The translations under genes and the position numbers were made by a program. Source: Cenarchaeum sp. (GTDB taxonomy: Archaea > Thermoproteota > Nitrososphaeria > Nitrososphaerales > Nitrosopumilaceae). From it: DNA of 64,000 nucleotides. The notes beneath the pieces are model-generated. The model saw only the letters and a program-made list of their open reading frames with translations. It made no database searches and was not told where the DNA came from. The stretch's first letter is position 1. Each line of letters starts with the position of its first letter. This document shows positions 37,538-46,988 of this stretch, piece by piece. The DNA lies in contig CBDESU010000002.1 in assembly GCA_965242695.1 (NCBI GenBank), positions 1,611,136-1,675,135 of the forward strand, read 5' to 3'.

Positions 37538-37888
37538 GTGTCTGCCAACTCGCAGCCGATCGTGCCAGAGATCAAGTCCGACACGTCCGACGCGCACAGG
37601 CGCATAGTGGTGGCCGGCGTGTTCGGGGGAGCCCGCTCGTACGGGCTGGAGGTCACGGTGTACTCGGAGCAGGGCGACTACGAGCGCGTCCTGGAGTCGC
37701 AGCCGCCCAACCCTGCCCGCAACATCCTGCGCCGGACGATCGAGACGACGCTTGTGATCGATCCCATGCAGATGAAGAGCATCCACGAGTGGCTCGGCAA
37801 GAACATGGCCGAGTACGAGCGCATGTTCGGAAAGATACCGTCGCCCGAAGAGGTGCGCAACAGGTCCATGCGCGATCCCCTGCAGTAG
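37538..37888 (+). CDS. Hypothetical protein (DUF3467-like, tentative)
   Basis: GGTGA RBS with GTG start; beta-rich region then IDPMQMKSIHEWLGKNMAEYERMFGKI helix. Confidence 0.7.
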   Translation: MSANSQPIVPEIKSDTSDAHRRIVVAGVFGGARSYGLEVTVYSEQGDYERVLESQPPNPARNILRRTIETTLVIDPMQMKSIHEWLGKNMAEYERMFGKIPSPEEVRNRSMRDPLQ

Positions 37889-38115
37889 GCCGCTCCGGCG
37901 CGCCGGCCCAGCCGGCCATGCGGCCCTTGAGCGCCGCCCGCCTCGCCCGCACCGGTGCCGGGCCGGCGCCTCCCGCTGCGCGACGCGGCCCGCCCGTCTT
38001 GCCGCTGCCGCCGCGGCGCCCTGCGCCCTCCCCGCCCCTACGGCTGCCGCCGCGGCGCCCGCGTGCGGCGATCGCGGTGATTATCCTTAAATTATGAGCG
38101 GGGCGCGGCGCGCCG

Positions 38116-38457
38116 TTGGCAGACGACGAGGCACCCGCGAACGAGCCGGCCTCCCCGGCCGCACTGCTCGAGGGCGAGTCGATCGTGTTCAAGGATCCGG
38201 ACGCCGTCTCGGACGCGGCGGCTCCTGCCGAGCCGGACGCCCCCGCGGCCGACGAAGAGGCTGGCGGCGCCGACGACGGCCTCGGGATGGATGACGATCG
38301 CCCCGAGCAGTTCGACGTGCACTATACGTGCCTACGGTGCGGCACGGACGTGAGCAACGAAGAGCTGGGCCGCCTGCCCGAGATCAAGTGCATCTGCGGC
38401 TACAAGGTGTTCATCAAGGTGCGGCCCCCGATCGTAAAGACCGTCCGCGCCGTCTGA
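38116..38457 (+). CDS. rpoP: DNA-directed RNA polymerase subunit P (Rpo12) with acidic N-terminal extension
   Basis: YTCLRCG...IKCICGYKVFIKVRPPIVKTVRAV. Confidence 0.9.
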   Translation: MADDEAPANEPASPAALLEGESIVFKDPDAVSDAAAPAEPDAPAADEEAGGADDGLGMDDDRPEQFDVHYTCLRCGTDVSNEELGRLPEIKCICGYKVFIKVRPPIVKTVRAV

Positions 38458-38477
38458 GCGCGCCGGCGGGCCTCGGC

Positions 38478-38900
38478 CTAGCCGTACTTTGCCTTTTGCG
38501 AGTCCCAGCAGCCGCGGCACAGCTGCAGCCTCGGGTTCATCTTCCACTTGGGCTTGGGCCTGTACCTCAAGAGGCCCATCTTTGCGCCGCACACGCCGCA
38601 AAAGTTCTTGCCCCTCTCGTGGGACGACTCCTTTTCGTCAAAGCACGGCTTGCACAGCAGGCCGTCGGTCTCCCACTGCCACCGCGGCTCCCACATGTCC
38701 GTGATCTTGAACGTGCCGCCGCACTTTGCGCACCTCTGCCTGACCTTGCCCTCGTAGTACTCCCTCGACTTGTCCAGGTGGCACTCGCCGCACAGGACGG
38801 CGCCGGCGTCCATCCCCCACTCCCTCTTGGGCCTGTGCCTGTGCTTGGCCTCCTTCTTGCAGACGGCGCAGTATGCAGGCTTGCGGCGGAACAGGCCCAT
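38478..38900 (-). CDS. Cys-rich multi zinc-ribbon protein
   Basis: Three internal repeats of CxxC...P...W...LCxxC. Confidence 0.85.
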   Translation of the reverse strand: MGLFRRKPAYCAVCKKEAKHRHRPKREWGMDAGAVLCGECHLDKSREYYEGKVRQRCAKCGGTFKITDMWEPRWQWETDGLLCKPCFDEKESSHERGKNFCGVCGAKMGLLRYRPKPKWKMNPRLQLCRGCWDSQKAKYG

Positions 38901-39034
38901 TGGCGGCGCGCGGGGCGGGGGCTAAAAGTGCCTTGCGCGCGGCGCGCGGAGGGGGGGGGGCGCGGCAACCTGCCTGCGCGCAGGCGAAAAAGGCGCGGCC
39001 TTTGGGGCCTGCCGGCCTCGTGCAGCCGGGACGG

Positions 39035-39160
39035 TCAGTCCGCCCTGAGCATCTTCTCGAGGGCCTGGCTTGCGTTGAGCATGCCGTGCTCGCGGGCGTA
39101 CCGCTCGACGGCCGCGTACTGGCCGGGCGTAAAGCATACGGGCATTGAGCGCCGTTCCAT
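39035..39160 (-). CDS. 41-aa RHH/CopG-like protein (below the ORF track cut-off)
   Basis: MERRSMPVCFTPGQYAAVERYAREHGMLNASQALEKMLRAD; palindromic GGTTATAACC TATA element ~25 nt upstream. Confidence 0.6.
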   Translation of the reverse strand: MERRSMPVCFTPGQYAAVERYAREHGMLNASQALEKMLRAD

Positions 39161-39408
39161 GGGGCGCCGCCCCGCGATGTGGTTATAACCCTGCCGCCAC
39201 GCGGTGCCCGCGCGGCCTTGCGCGGCGCCTGCGGCCGGGAGGACGGCGCTCCCTTCGGCCCCGAAAGGTTGATTGGCGGCCGCGGCCGCGGCCGGGCGTG
39301 CAGGGCGATAGCGGCGGACAGGGCGGCGAAGGCGGGGTGCAGGCTGGCGGGGCGCCGGGCGCGCCGGGCGCGCCGGCCCCAGCCGGCGCCGGCCCCCGGC
39401 GCGGCCGC

Positions 39409-39957
39409 ATGCGGCAGATACTCGTCATCGGGCACAACGAGGGCAGGCACTGCACGCGGCTGCACGAGGACGCCGCGTACGATGCCGGCCTTGCGATTGC
39501 GCGGTCCGGCTCTGTCCTGCTCACGGGCGGACTCGGCGGCGTGATGGGGGCGGCCAGCCGCGGCGCGCGCGACGGCGGCGGCCTGACCGTCGGCATCATA
39601 CCGCAGGACGCCCACCTGCACGCCAACGACGCATGCGACATCGTAATTCCGACGGGGATGGGGCTCACGCGCGACTTTGTCAACGCCCTGTCGGCCGACG
39701 GCGTCGTCGTGATCGGCGGCGGGGCCGGGACGCTCTCCGAGATGTGTGCCGCGTACATGCACCGCCGCCCGATGGTCGCCGTCCGCGGCACGGGCGGGAC
39801 GGCCGACGCGTACGCCGGCCGGTACATGGACGCGCGCCGGACGGTGCGCGTCGGGGCGGCCGACTCGCCGGCCGAGGCCGTTCGCATGATAGTCTCGCTC
39901 ATAGACGCGGGCAGGGCAGCTGCCGCTGCCGCGTCCGGCGCGGCCCCCGATTCCTAG
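39409..39957 (+). CDS. TIGR00725 / LOG-family protein
   Basis: TGGLGGVMGAA, TVGIIP, IPTGMGLTRD, GGGAGTLSE. Confidence 0.9.
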   Translation: MRQILVIGHNEGRHCTRLHEDAAYDAGLAIARSGSVLLTGGLGGVMGAASRGARDGGGLTVGIIPQDAHLHANDACDIVIPTGMGLTRDFVNALSADGVVVIGGGAGTLSEMCAAYMHRRPMVAVRGTGGTADAYAGRYMDARRTVRVGAADSPAEAVRMIVSLIDAGRAAAAAASGAAPDS

Positions 39958-41111
39958 GATGCCTGCCCGTCTCCTGCCATCTCGACGAGGCGCGGGTCGG
40001 GCTCGTACGCCGCGCCGTGCTCGGCGGCAAGATTTCGAAGCTCGGATACGATGCGGCCCAGCCCCATCGACCTTGCGGTGTCGAACAGCGGCTTCTTCAG
40101 GCCAAGCCCGAGCCTTGCCGCCGTCTCGATCTCGCCTATGTCGCTTGCCCCGTTCGAGACGAGCCAGGCGGCGTTGTTGGCGGCAAACGCGACGAGCGGC
40201 ATCGGGTCGCATTTTGCGGCCAGCTCCTTGGACAGCCCGACCCTCTCGTAGTGGCCCTCGCCGTACTCGTAGAACCCGGATCCAGACTTCTTGCCGAGCT
40301 TGCCGGCCACGGCCATCTCGGCCACTAGCGGGTGCGGGCGGACGACGCCCCCGTCGCGCATGTGCATCTCCTCGGTCGCCTTGTGCACGACGTCCATGCC
40401 CGTAAAGTCTGCCAGCTCGAATATGCCCATGGGGAACGAGGCCCTGAACCTCACGGCCGAGTCGATCTCCTCGAGGGACGCGCCGGTGCGGTCGCGCAGG
40501 TGGCACGCCTCGTGGACCATCGGTATGAACAGCCTGTTGACTATGAACCCGGGCACGTCCTTGCGGCACACGACGGCGTGCTTGCCGGCCGATGCGACGA
40601 GGCCCTTTGTCGCCTCCAGAGTCTCGGCCGACGTCCTCGCGCCGGGTATGACCTCTACAAGCTTCATGAGCTGCGGCGGGTTGAAGAAGTGTATGCCGAT
40701 GAACCGCTCGGGCCGCGACGTGGCAGACGCGATCTCGGTTATGGGCAGAGTGCTCGTATTCGACGCGAATATGGTGTCGGGGCGGGCCGCCGCGTCGAGC
40801 TCGGCGTACACGCGCTTCTTGAGGTCCATGACCTCGGGGACGACCTCTATGACCAGGTCTGCATCGCCGGCTGCCTCGCATAGGTCGATGACCGGCGTGA
40901 TCCTGGACAGTATGTCGTCGCGGCCGCCGGCCGTGATCTTTTCGCGTTCGACCATCTTGTCGAGGCTCCATCGTATCTTGCCCATGCCCCTGTCGAGGAA
41001 CTCTTGCCGTATGTCGCGCATCGAGACGCGGTAGCCGGCAGTCGCGAGCACCTGGGCTATGCCGTGGCCCATGACGCCGGACCCGAGGACTGCGACCCTC
41101 TCTACCGCCAT
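39954..41111 (-). CDS. hbd: 3-hydroxyacyl-CoA (3-hydroxybutyryl-CoA) dehydrogenase
   Basis: VLGSGVMGHGIA, IEVVPE, ASNTSTL, HFFNP, KDVPGFIVNR, G.LGKKSG.GFY. Start reassigned to 41111. Confidence 0.95.
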   Translation of the reverse strand: MAVERVAVLGSGVMGHGIAQVLATAGYRVSMRDIRQEFLDRGMGKIRWSLDKMVEREKITAGGRDDILSRITPVIDLCEAAGDADLVIEVVPEVMDLKKRVYAELDAAARPDTIFASNTSTLPITEIASATSRPERFIGIHFFNPPQLMKLVEVIPGARTSAETLEATKGLVASAGKHAVVCRKDVPGFIVNRLFIPMVHEACHLRDRTGASLEEIDSAVRFRASFPMGIFELADFTGMDVVHKATEEMHMRDGGVVRPHPLVAEMAVAGKLGKKSGSGFYEYGEGHYERVGLSKELAAKCDPMPLVAFAANNAAWLVSNGASDIGEIETAARLGLGLKKPLFDTARSMGLGRIVSELRNLAAEHGAAYEPDPRLVEMAGDGQAS

Positions 41112-41331
41112 GCGACCGGCCGGGTTGCGATGCGCTTTATACTTTTGCGCGGCCGCCGGGCGGATCCGGCGCGCGCGGCAGGAGGCGGAGCCGCCGCAGG
41201 CGGCGCTCTGGCGCGGCCGGCGGCCGTGGCCTGCGGGCCGCCGCGCCTGCCGCGCGACGCATTCGCTATCCCGCACCGCCGCATGCGACGCTCTGGAAAC
41301 ATCTAAAGCGGGGGCGTCATGCCGGTGTGGC

Positions 41332-42255
41332 ATGCGGCAGCGCGAGAATGCCTCCTTCGCAGGGGCCCCCGCCACGGCAGGGCGCAGGAAGGCGGCCCCG
41401 GCCCCCTCCGCAGGGGCCTCCGCCACGGCAGGGCGCAGGAAGGCAGCCCCGGCCCCCTCCGCAGGGGCCTCCGCCACGGCAGGGCGCAGGAAGGCGGCCC
41501 CGGCCCCGACAAGGGCCGGAGGGGGCGCCGGCCGACTGCGGGGCGCCCCTGGCGCAAAGGCCAAGCGCCCTGCAGGCCTCTCGGCCTCTGCCCTCTTGAA
41601 GCTGGTAAACGCCGTGCCGGCGCAGGATCTCAAAAAGTTTGTCGTAGCGGAGCTGCGCAAGGACAAGGATCTTCTCGGCCGGTTCTCGGCCGTCTTTTCT
41701 AGGACGCAAAAGGCAAAGGGCGGCAAGGACTTTAGGGCGATGGTGCAGGCCAGGTTCGACAGGGCCAAGGGCAGGAAGGGGTACGTCGACCGCCTTACGA
41801 CGCGCGACGTAAAGTTTACGGACGTCATGGGAGAGGCAAAGGCCAGCGAAAAAATCCACGACTATGCGGGGGCCGCCCGCATATACTCGGAGGTGTCCGA
41901 GTCGATCGAGTACAACATGTCGTGGGTGTACAGCGGCACCGGCCGCCTTTACAACATGTCTGATCGGTGCCTTGAGCGCATGGCGCTGTGCGCCAAGAAG
42001 TCGCGCGGGGCGGACGAGCGCAGAAAGGTGCTGTGGTACATCCTGCGCGGGTGGGCCTCGCAGGGCACCGGCCTGTCCGACTACAGATACGAGCGCGTCG
42101 TGGAGTCGGCGGCATCCGGGAAAGACGACTACCGCGCCATGGTAGAGATGCTGGACGACGGCATGCCGGTCGTCTATGACGTAAGCCACAGGGGGGACGC
42201 CAAGGAGCACTTGGAGAGCATGCGCAAGAAGGTTGCACGGCGCGTGAGGGGCTAG
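41332..42255 (+). CDS. Hypothetical helical protein with repetitive basic N-terminus
   Basis: Lys-rich helical body that resembles the helical region found after SWIM zinc fingers; no SWIM motif is visible. Confidence 0.7.
   Translation: MRQRENASFAGAPATAGRRKAAPAPSAGASATAGRRKAAPAPSAGASATAGRRKAAPAPTRAGGGAGRLRGAPGAKAKRPAGLSASALLKLVNAVPAQDLKKFVVAELRKDKDLLGRFSAVFSRTQKAKGGKDFRAMVQARFDRAKGRKGYVDRLTTRDVKFTDVMGEAKASEKIHDYAGAARIYSEVSESIEYNMSWVYSGTGRLYNMSDRCLERMALCAKKSRGADERRKVLWYILRGWASQGTGLSDYRYERVVESAASGKDDYRAMVEMLDDGMPVVYDVSHRGDAKEHLESMRKKVARRVRG
41358..41507 (+). repeat. 51-bp in-frame tandem repeat x3 (AGASATAGRRKAAPAPS)
   Basis: Units at 41358, 41409 and 41460, nearly identical. Confidence 0.9.
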
Positions 42256-42752
42256 CCTGACCGGCGCGCCTGCCCTGTTTCGGCCGCGCCTTGGCGCGCC
42301 CTGACCCGTCCTCGCCGCTAGCGCTTTCTCATCTCGAGGACGACCTCGCGCCGGATGCGCCCGTCTAGCGCGCCGGCCCGCGGCGGAGCAGGCGGCGGCG
42401 GTGGCGGCGACAAGTGCAGTCGCGAAGCGGCCGGCGACCGCCAGTGATCGGGGCGGTGCCGCGCAGCAGATGCCGCATGCGCGCAGCTCGGCCGCCCGAC
42501 CTGCGTTGACGTCCACAACCTAAAGCGGTTCATACGCGGCATTGATCGCGCTCTGCGAGCCCTGATCCGCCTTGATGCTGCTAGGCCAACCCGTACGGCG
42601 CATGTGAGGCCTGGGCCATGGCGCCCTGTATGCCCTGAAAAGATTGTACTCCCTGTGTGCACTATGGGTGGGGCCGTTCTAGTCGGGGCCACGCCAGACT
42701 GAGCGGATGAGACCGTTTTTTTTTGGAGGGGTGTGGGCGGGCCAAGGGGGAG

Positions 42753-43016
42753 ATGACATATTGGCCCCCGTCTGCGCACGGAGCCGTGACACTGAGGTAT
42801 GTGAGACCGCTAGACGATGAGTCGTGGAACCGGGTAGTGGCCGCACTCAAGCGCGGTCCCACCCCTGACCAGGTAAAGGCAAAGGAGCGGCTCTTGGAGA
42901 TCGCCCGGCAGATAAGGTCAGACGACGATGGTGCCTCCAAGCAGGTGTACGCGGGTGATCCAAGTGATGCGGTTTTTGCCCCTGTGCAATCAGAACGTGC
43001 CGATCGACGACCATAG
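42753..43016 (+). CDS. Putative small antitoxin, paralog of 12920-13120
   Basis: RYVRPLDDESWNRVVAALKRGPTPDQ aligns with REVKPLSDRQWTMVIEQLREGPTPEM. Confidence 0.6.
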   Translation: MTYWPPSAHGAVTLRYVRPLDDESWNRVVAALKRGPTPDQVKAKERLLEIARQIRSDDDGASKQVYAGDPSDAVFAPVQSERADRRP

Positions 43017-43055
43017 CGTGGGAGGGTTTTAGCATGACCCCGTGCAGCATACCCT

Positions 43056-43549
43056 ATGGGGGACATACTTGTGAGGTCTGCCGGCTGGGAAACGCCCGCC
43101 GACTTTAGGTGCCGGAAGCCGGAATTTGCGGCCTACCTTGATGCCAACGCAGCGTACGATCAGCGACAAAGAATGGAGAAAATGTACTGGGCCATTCACA
43201 ACAAACGTATAGTGGGGTATATGGTCCTGACCATGGACAGCATGGGAAGGGAAAAACAATCTCTCTTGGGAATAGACTCGTATGGAAACATACCTGCCCT
43301 TTTGGTCGCCAGTCTGGCGACCGACGCGCGATATGAAAGGCGCGGCATTGCCACCTCTTTGCGTCGCACGCCACGAAGATTGCAGACGGGCTGGCCTCGA
43401 AGGTTGGATGTCGTGTAGTGCTCTGCAACGCAGAGCACGACGTAGTGGAGTTTTATGAAAGGCGCGGCTTCGTCAAGATCACCGAGGATGCAGACTATGT
43501 GCCCATGTATTTCGACCTCGGGGCGGCCAGCGACACCGCCATCGCCTAG
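43056..43549 (+). pseudogene. GNAT toxin-like acetyltransferase with a frameshift at ~43355-43361
   Basis: FRCRKPEFAAYL...YGNIPALLVASLATDARYERRGIA in one frame continues as ASHATKIA...VGCRVVLCNA...FYERRGF...MYFDL in the -1 frame, to TAG 43547-43549. Confidence 0.8.
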
Positions 43550-43877
43550 CGCGCAATGCCCTGTAGCATGCCTTGCCTGCCCCTCCCCGCGCACCGCGTA
43601 GGGCAGAGGATGCAAGGCCCGCCAGCTACCGCGCCCGGGATCGCGGCGCCTCCGCCGCCCGTCGAGGTCCTCAGCCGCCCGGCCCCGCGGCCGGCCGGAC
43701 AGCGGGGCAAAGGAGCATGCGGGCGGGCGGCGCCGGCGAACCTGCCGCCGCCCGGCCTCGCCGGCGCATTTGGCGCCTCCGGGCCCGCCGGCCCCCCTGT
43801 GCGGCGGGCGGCCCGCATGCGCCGCGCCGGGCCGGCGGCCGGAATGGCTTATAATCGGCCCGCGGCGCACGCCCGGC

Positions 43878-44048
43878 ATGCTCGGCTTGGGCAGGAAGAG
43901 CAAGGGCGGCCAGGCACGGACAAAGTGCGAAAAGTGCGGCGCCGAGCTGTACTATCCCGATCGCCTCGAGAGGCACATGAAGAAGGCGCACGGCAACGTG
44001 CCTGCCAAGAAGCCTAGCGCCCAGGGCGGCGACGGGGGGCTGTGGTAG
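43878..44048 (+). CDS. Small C2H2 zinc-finger protein
   Basis: CEKC-x12-H-x4-H; CTTATAA ~25 nt upstream. Confidence 0.75.
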   Translation: MLGLGRKSKGGQARTKCEKCGAELYYPDRLERHMKKAHGNVPAKKPSAQGGDGGLW

Positions 44049-44051
44049 GGC

Positions 44052-44375
44052 ATGGAGCTTACCGACGGCCAGCGGTACGGCGCGATATTCGGCGGCGCCC
44101 TCGTCGTGGCCGGACTGGTGCTCGCCACTGTGGTGTTTCCGTTCTGGAACCTCATCCGCGAGGACGTGACCGAGCAGGCCGTCATACTCTCGAACGAGGA
44201 CGGCGTCTGCTTTGTCGAGACGTCCGACGACATACCAAAGACGATCGACGGATGCGAGGCCGCGCCCGGCGACACGGTCGTCGTCCGGTTCGGCGAGGGC
44301 CTTGCGTGGGCGGCCGTCGTCGGGGATGCCGCCCCGGCCGCGCCCGGCGATGCGATGCCGGCCGGCCCACCGTAG
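44052..44375 (+). CDS. Hypothetical membrane-anchored protein
   Basis: N-terminal TM followed by a small beta domain with two Cys; operonic spacing. Confidence 0.75.
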   Translation: MELTDGQRYGAIFGGALVVAGLVLATVVFPFWNLIREDVTEQAVILSNEDGVCFVETSDDIPKTIDGCEAAPGDTVVVRFGEGLAWAAVVGDAAPAAPGDAMPAGPP

Positions 44376-44388
44376 GGGGGACGGCAGG

Positions 44389-44829
44389 ATGGCCGGCGGC
44401 GGGTGCGTCTTTTGCGGGATAGTCGCCGGGTCGGTGCCGGCCCGCATCGTGTCCCGCACGGCCCTGTCCGTGGCGTTCCTTGATGCGTTCCCGGTCGCCA
44501 GGGGGCACGTGCTGGCCGTTCCGCGAGCGCACCGCGAGCGCGTCCAGGACCTGGCCGGCGACGAGGTGGCCGACCTGTTCGGCCTGGTCGCGCGGCTCGC
44601 GCCCCGGACGGACGCCGTGGGCGGCGGCGCCACCCTGATTGCGGCGCACAACGGCAGGCAGAGCGGCCAGGAGGTGCCCCACGTGCACGTCCACCTGATA
44701 CCGCGGCGCGAAGGCGACGGGGCGGGGCCCGTCCACTCCATGTTCGGAAAGGGATCGGGCGGGCTCGGCCCCGACGACGAGGTGCACGCCCTGCTCGCCG
44801 ACGGCGGCGCCGGGCCGGGCGGGACCTAG
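44389..44829 (+). CDS. HIT-family hydrolase
   Basis: CVFCGI, FLDAFP, GHVLAVP, GQEVPHVHVHLIPR histidine triad. Confidence 0.95.
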   Translation: MAGGGCVFCGIVAGSVPARIVSRTALSVAFLDAFPVARGHVLAVPRAHRERVQDLAGDEVADLFGLVARLAPRTDAVGGGATLIAAHNGRQSGQEVPHVHVHLIPRREGDGAGPVHSMFGKGSGGLGPDDEVHALLADGGAGPGGT

Positions 44830-44840
44830 GGCGCGCCGGC

Positions 44841-45524
44841 CTAGAGCGGGTACAGCCGCCTCTTTGCGTCCGTGTCGTCGACCGATATAGCCTTTGTGGG
44901 GCACGTCTCGGCCGCGTTCATGATCTTGTTGAGGCCGGCGCCGCGCATGTTGATCACGCGCGACTTTGGGTTGAGGTTCGACTTTTTGTCTATGGAAAAG
45001 ACCGACGGCGCTATGGTCTCGCAGCTCTGGCAAGCGATGCACAGGGACGGGTCGACCTCGACGAAGAGGTTCGGCTGCTCGCGCGGCTCCCTCGCCTTGT
45101 CGCGCTCGCCGTTGCGGCCGTCGGCGTTTACGGTCCGCTCGTACTCCTTCCAGAACTTCCGCTCGTACTCCTTCCAGAACTCGGGGTTTGACTCCTCGAA
45201 CTCGGACGTGTACTTTGACCAGTCCTGCTCGGGGGGCCTGCCGGCCGACGGGCCGCCGCCGCGGGGGCCCCGCCGCCCGGGCTCGGGCCTCCTCTGCGCC
45301 GGCGGCTCCTCCCGCTCCGGCCGCCCCCGCGGCGCGGCCGCCCCCGCGGCGCCGTCCTTGAGCACGCCGTACGCCTCGCTGATGGCCTGGAAGCGCCGCC
45401 CGCCGTCGGACGACCCCCTGTCGGGGTGGCACTCGAGCGCGAGCCTCCTGTAGGCGGCCTTTACCTCCTCCCTGGTCGCGCGCGGCCCCACCTTGAGCGT
45501 CGCAAGGGCCCTTTGCACGTCCAT
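44841..45524 (-). CDS. DnaJ-ferredoxin fusion (DnaJ-Fer)
   Basis: J domain with HPD, plus C-terminal ferredoxin CIACQSC...CPTKAI. Confidence 0.93.
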   Translation of the reverse strand: MDVQRALATLKVGPRATREEVKAAYRRLALECHPDRGSSDGGRRFQAISEAYGVLKDGAAGAAAPRGRPEREEPPAQRRPEPGRRGPRGGGPSAGRPPEQDWSKYTSEFEESNPEFWKEYERKFWKEYERTVNADGRNGERDKAREPREQPNLFVEVDPSLCIACQSCETIAPSVFSIDKKSNLNPKSRVINMRGAGLNKIMNAAETCPTKAISVDDTDAKRRLYPL

Positions 45525-45573
45525 GCGCGGCGTGGCATGCGGCTGCATAAAAGTCGAGCGCCCCGCCGGCGCC

Positions 45574-46086
45574 CTAGTCCACTATTCCCGTCACTCTTGC
45601 CTTGAGGTCGGACTCGTACCAGGTCGTGCGCATCTCGCCGCCGCCGGCCTCGGCAAGGTTGACCGCCGTGTGCGAGAACGGCGCGCGCGATCCGGGGGCC
45701 GACCCGTGCGAGTGCAGCCTGCCGGCCGGTATGTACGCGGCCGTGCCGGGCGAGAGCTCGACCGTCCCGTCCGGCTCTATGGCAAACGACCTGGCGCCGC
45801 GGCCCCTCTTCCTGTAGTACGACAGGATTCCGGTCCCGCGCGTGGCCAGCAGCATCTGGCCGCCCGTGTGGACGTGCAACTTGGTCGTCGAGCCGGCCGA
45901 GAATCTTACGTGGTACACGCGGCATCCGGCGGCCCCGAGGGCCCCGGTCAGGTCGGACAGGACGGTCCTGCCGGTAAAGTAGTCGGGGTTGACGGGCATG
46001 GGCGAGCCGTCCCTGAGGATGCTCGCCGACCGTATGGCGCCCGACGCCGGCATCGGGGCGGCCGCGCCGCGGCCCTTTCCGGCCAA
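45574..46086 (-). CDS. Cupin-domain protein
   Basis: YFTG, LHVHTGGQ.L....G.G, IPAG.LHSHG. Confidence 0.85.
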   Translation of the reverse strand: MAGKGRGAAAPMPASGAIRSASILRDGSPMPVNPDYFTGRTVLSDLTGALGAAGCRVYHVRFSAGSTTKLHVHTGGQMLLATRGTGILSYYRKRGRGARSFAIEPDGTVELSPGTAAYIPAGRLHSHGSAPGSRAPFSHTAVNLAEAGGGEMRTTWYESDLKARVTGIVD

Positions 46087-46087
46087 C

Positions 46088-46480
46088 TCATACCTCCTCG
46101 AGAAGCTTTGCCTTTTTCTCCTTGAACTCCTTTTCGGTGATCACCCTGGCCTTGCGGAGCTCGCCTAGCCTTGCAAGCGCCTCTAGCGCGTCCGCGCGCG
46201 ACCCGCCGGCGGGTTCGGCGCCGCGCCCGCCGCTGGACCGCGCCTGCGCCTGCGGCTCCCCCGCCGCCGCTGCCGCCTTGCCCTCTGCGACCCTCTTGCG
46301 CAGCGACTCGCTGGCCCTCTTGGCCTCGGCCGTCGTGATCTTGCCGAGCGACACGGCCGTGTCAAGGATGTCGTCGGCCTTTTTGACGCCCTGATCCACG
46401 GCCGAGTCTAGGGCCTTGTCGGCCTTTTCAAGAAAGCTCTCGATGTGGCCCTTTCGGGCCCTTCCCCTTGCGCCTGCCAC
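46088..46480 (-). CDS. SHOCT-domain protein
   Basis: C-terminal LARLGELRKARVITEKEFKEKKAKLL. Confidence 0.85.
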   Translation of the reverse strand: MAGARGRARKGHIESFLEKADKALDSAVDQGVKKADDILDTAVSLGKITTAEAKRASESLRKRVAEGKAAAAAGEPQAQARSSGGRGAEPAGGSRADALEALARLGELRKARVITEKEFKEKKAKLLEEV

Positions 46481-46988
46481 GGGGGGCCGAGAGACGGCCC
46501 CCTTTTATCCGTGCCGGGCGCGGCCCCTGCGCCGCGCCGGCGCGCAGGGGGGCCGCGCATTCGCCGCAGCCGTCCCGCGCCCTGCCACGGTTGCGGCCGC
46601 CGCGTAGCGGGCCGGACCTGCGGTACCGGGTCTCGCGGGCCGCATGCCCTCTTCGCCGGACAGGCCGCCTGGCCAGCAGGCTGCGACCGCCCGCGCCCTG
46701 CGCGCCTCGAGATGCTGCCCGAACGCTCCCCTGCACGCCGCAGTTCGCGCGCACCGGCAGGCCCCTCCCGCATTCTTCAGGCTCCGGCGATGCGCGCATG
46801 GGCTGGCGCGCCATGGGCCGCGCGCCGCGCAGGCGCGGGGCTGCTGCGCGCCGCGCCGCAGTTGTGCCGCCTGCCTTGGATATCCCTGCCGTCCTTGTGC
46901 TGCAGGCCCCGCCGCGCGCAGGCCGGCGCGCCGCCCCCGCCTGCCGCCCCCGCGGACTCCTTATATTGAGGCCGCAGGGGGGCGCGGC

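Noticed and set aside
39954-41828. 624-aa extended 3-hydroxyacyl-CoA dehydrogenase
   Set aside because: The extension is antisense to the 41332-42255 gene; the Rossmann motif starts right after ATG 41111, with a TATA-like element ~25 nt upstream.
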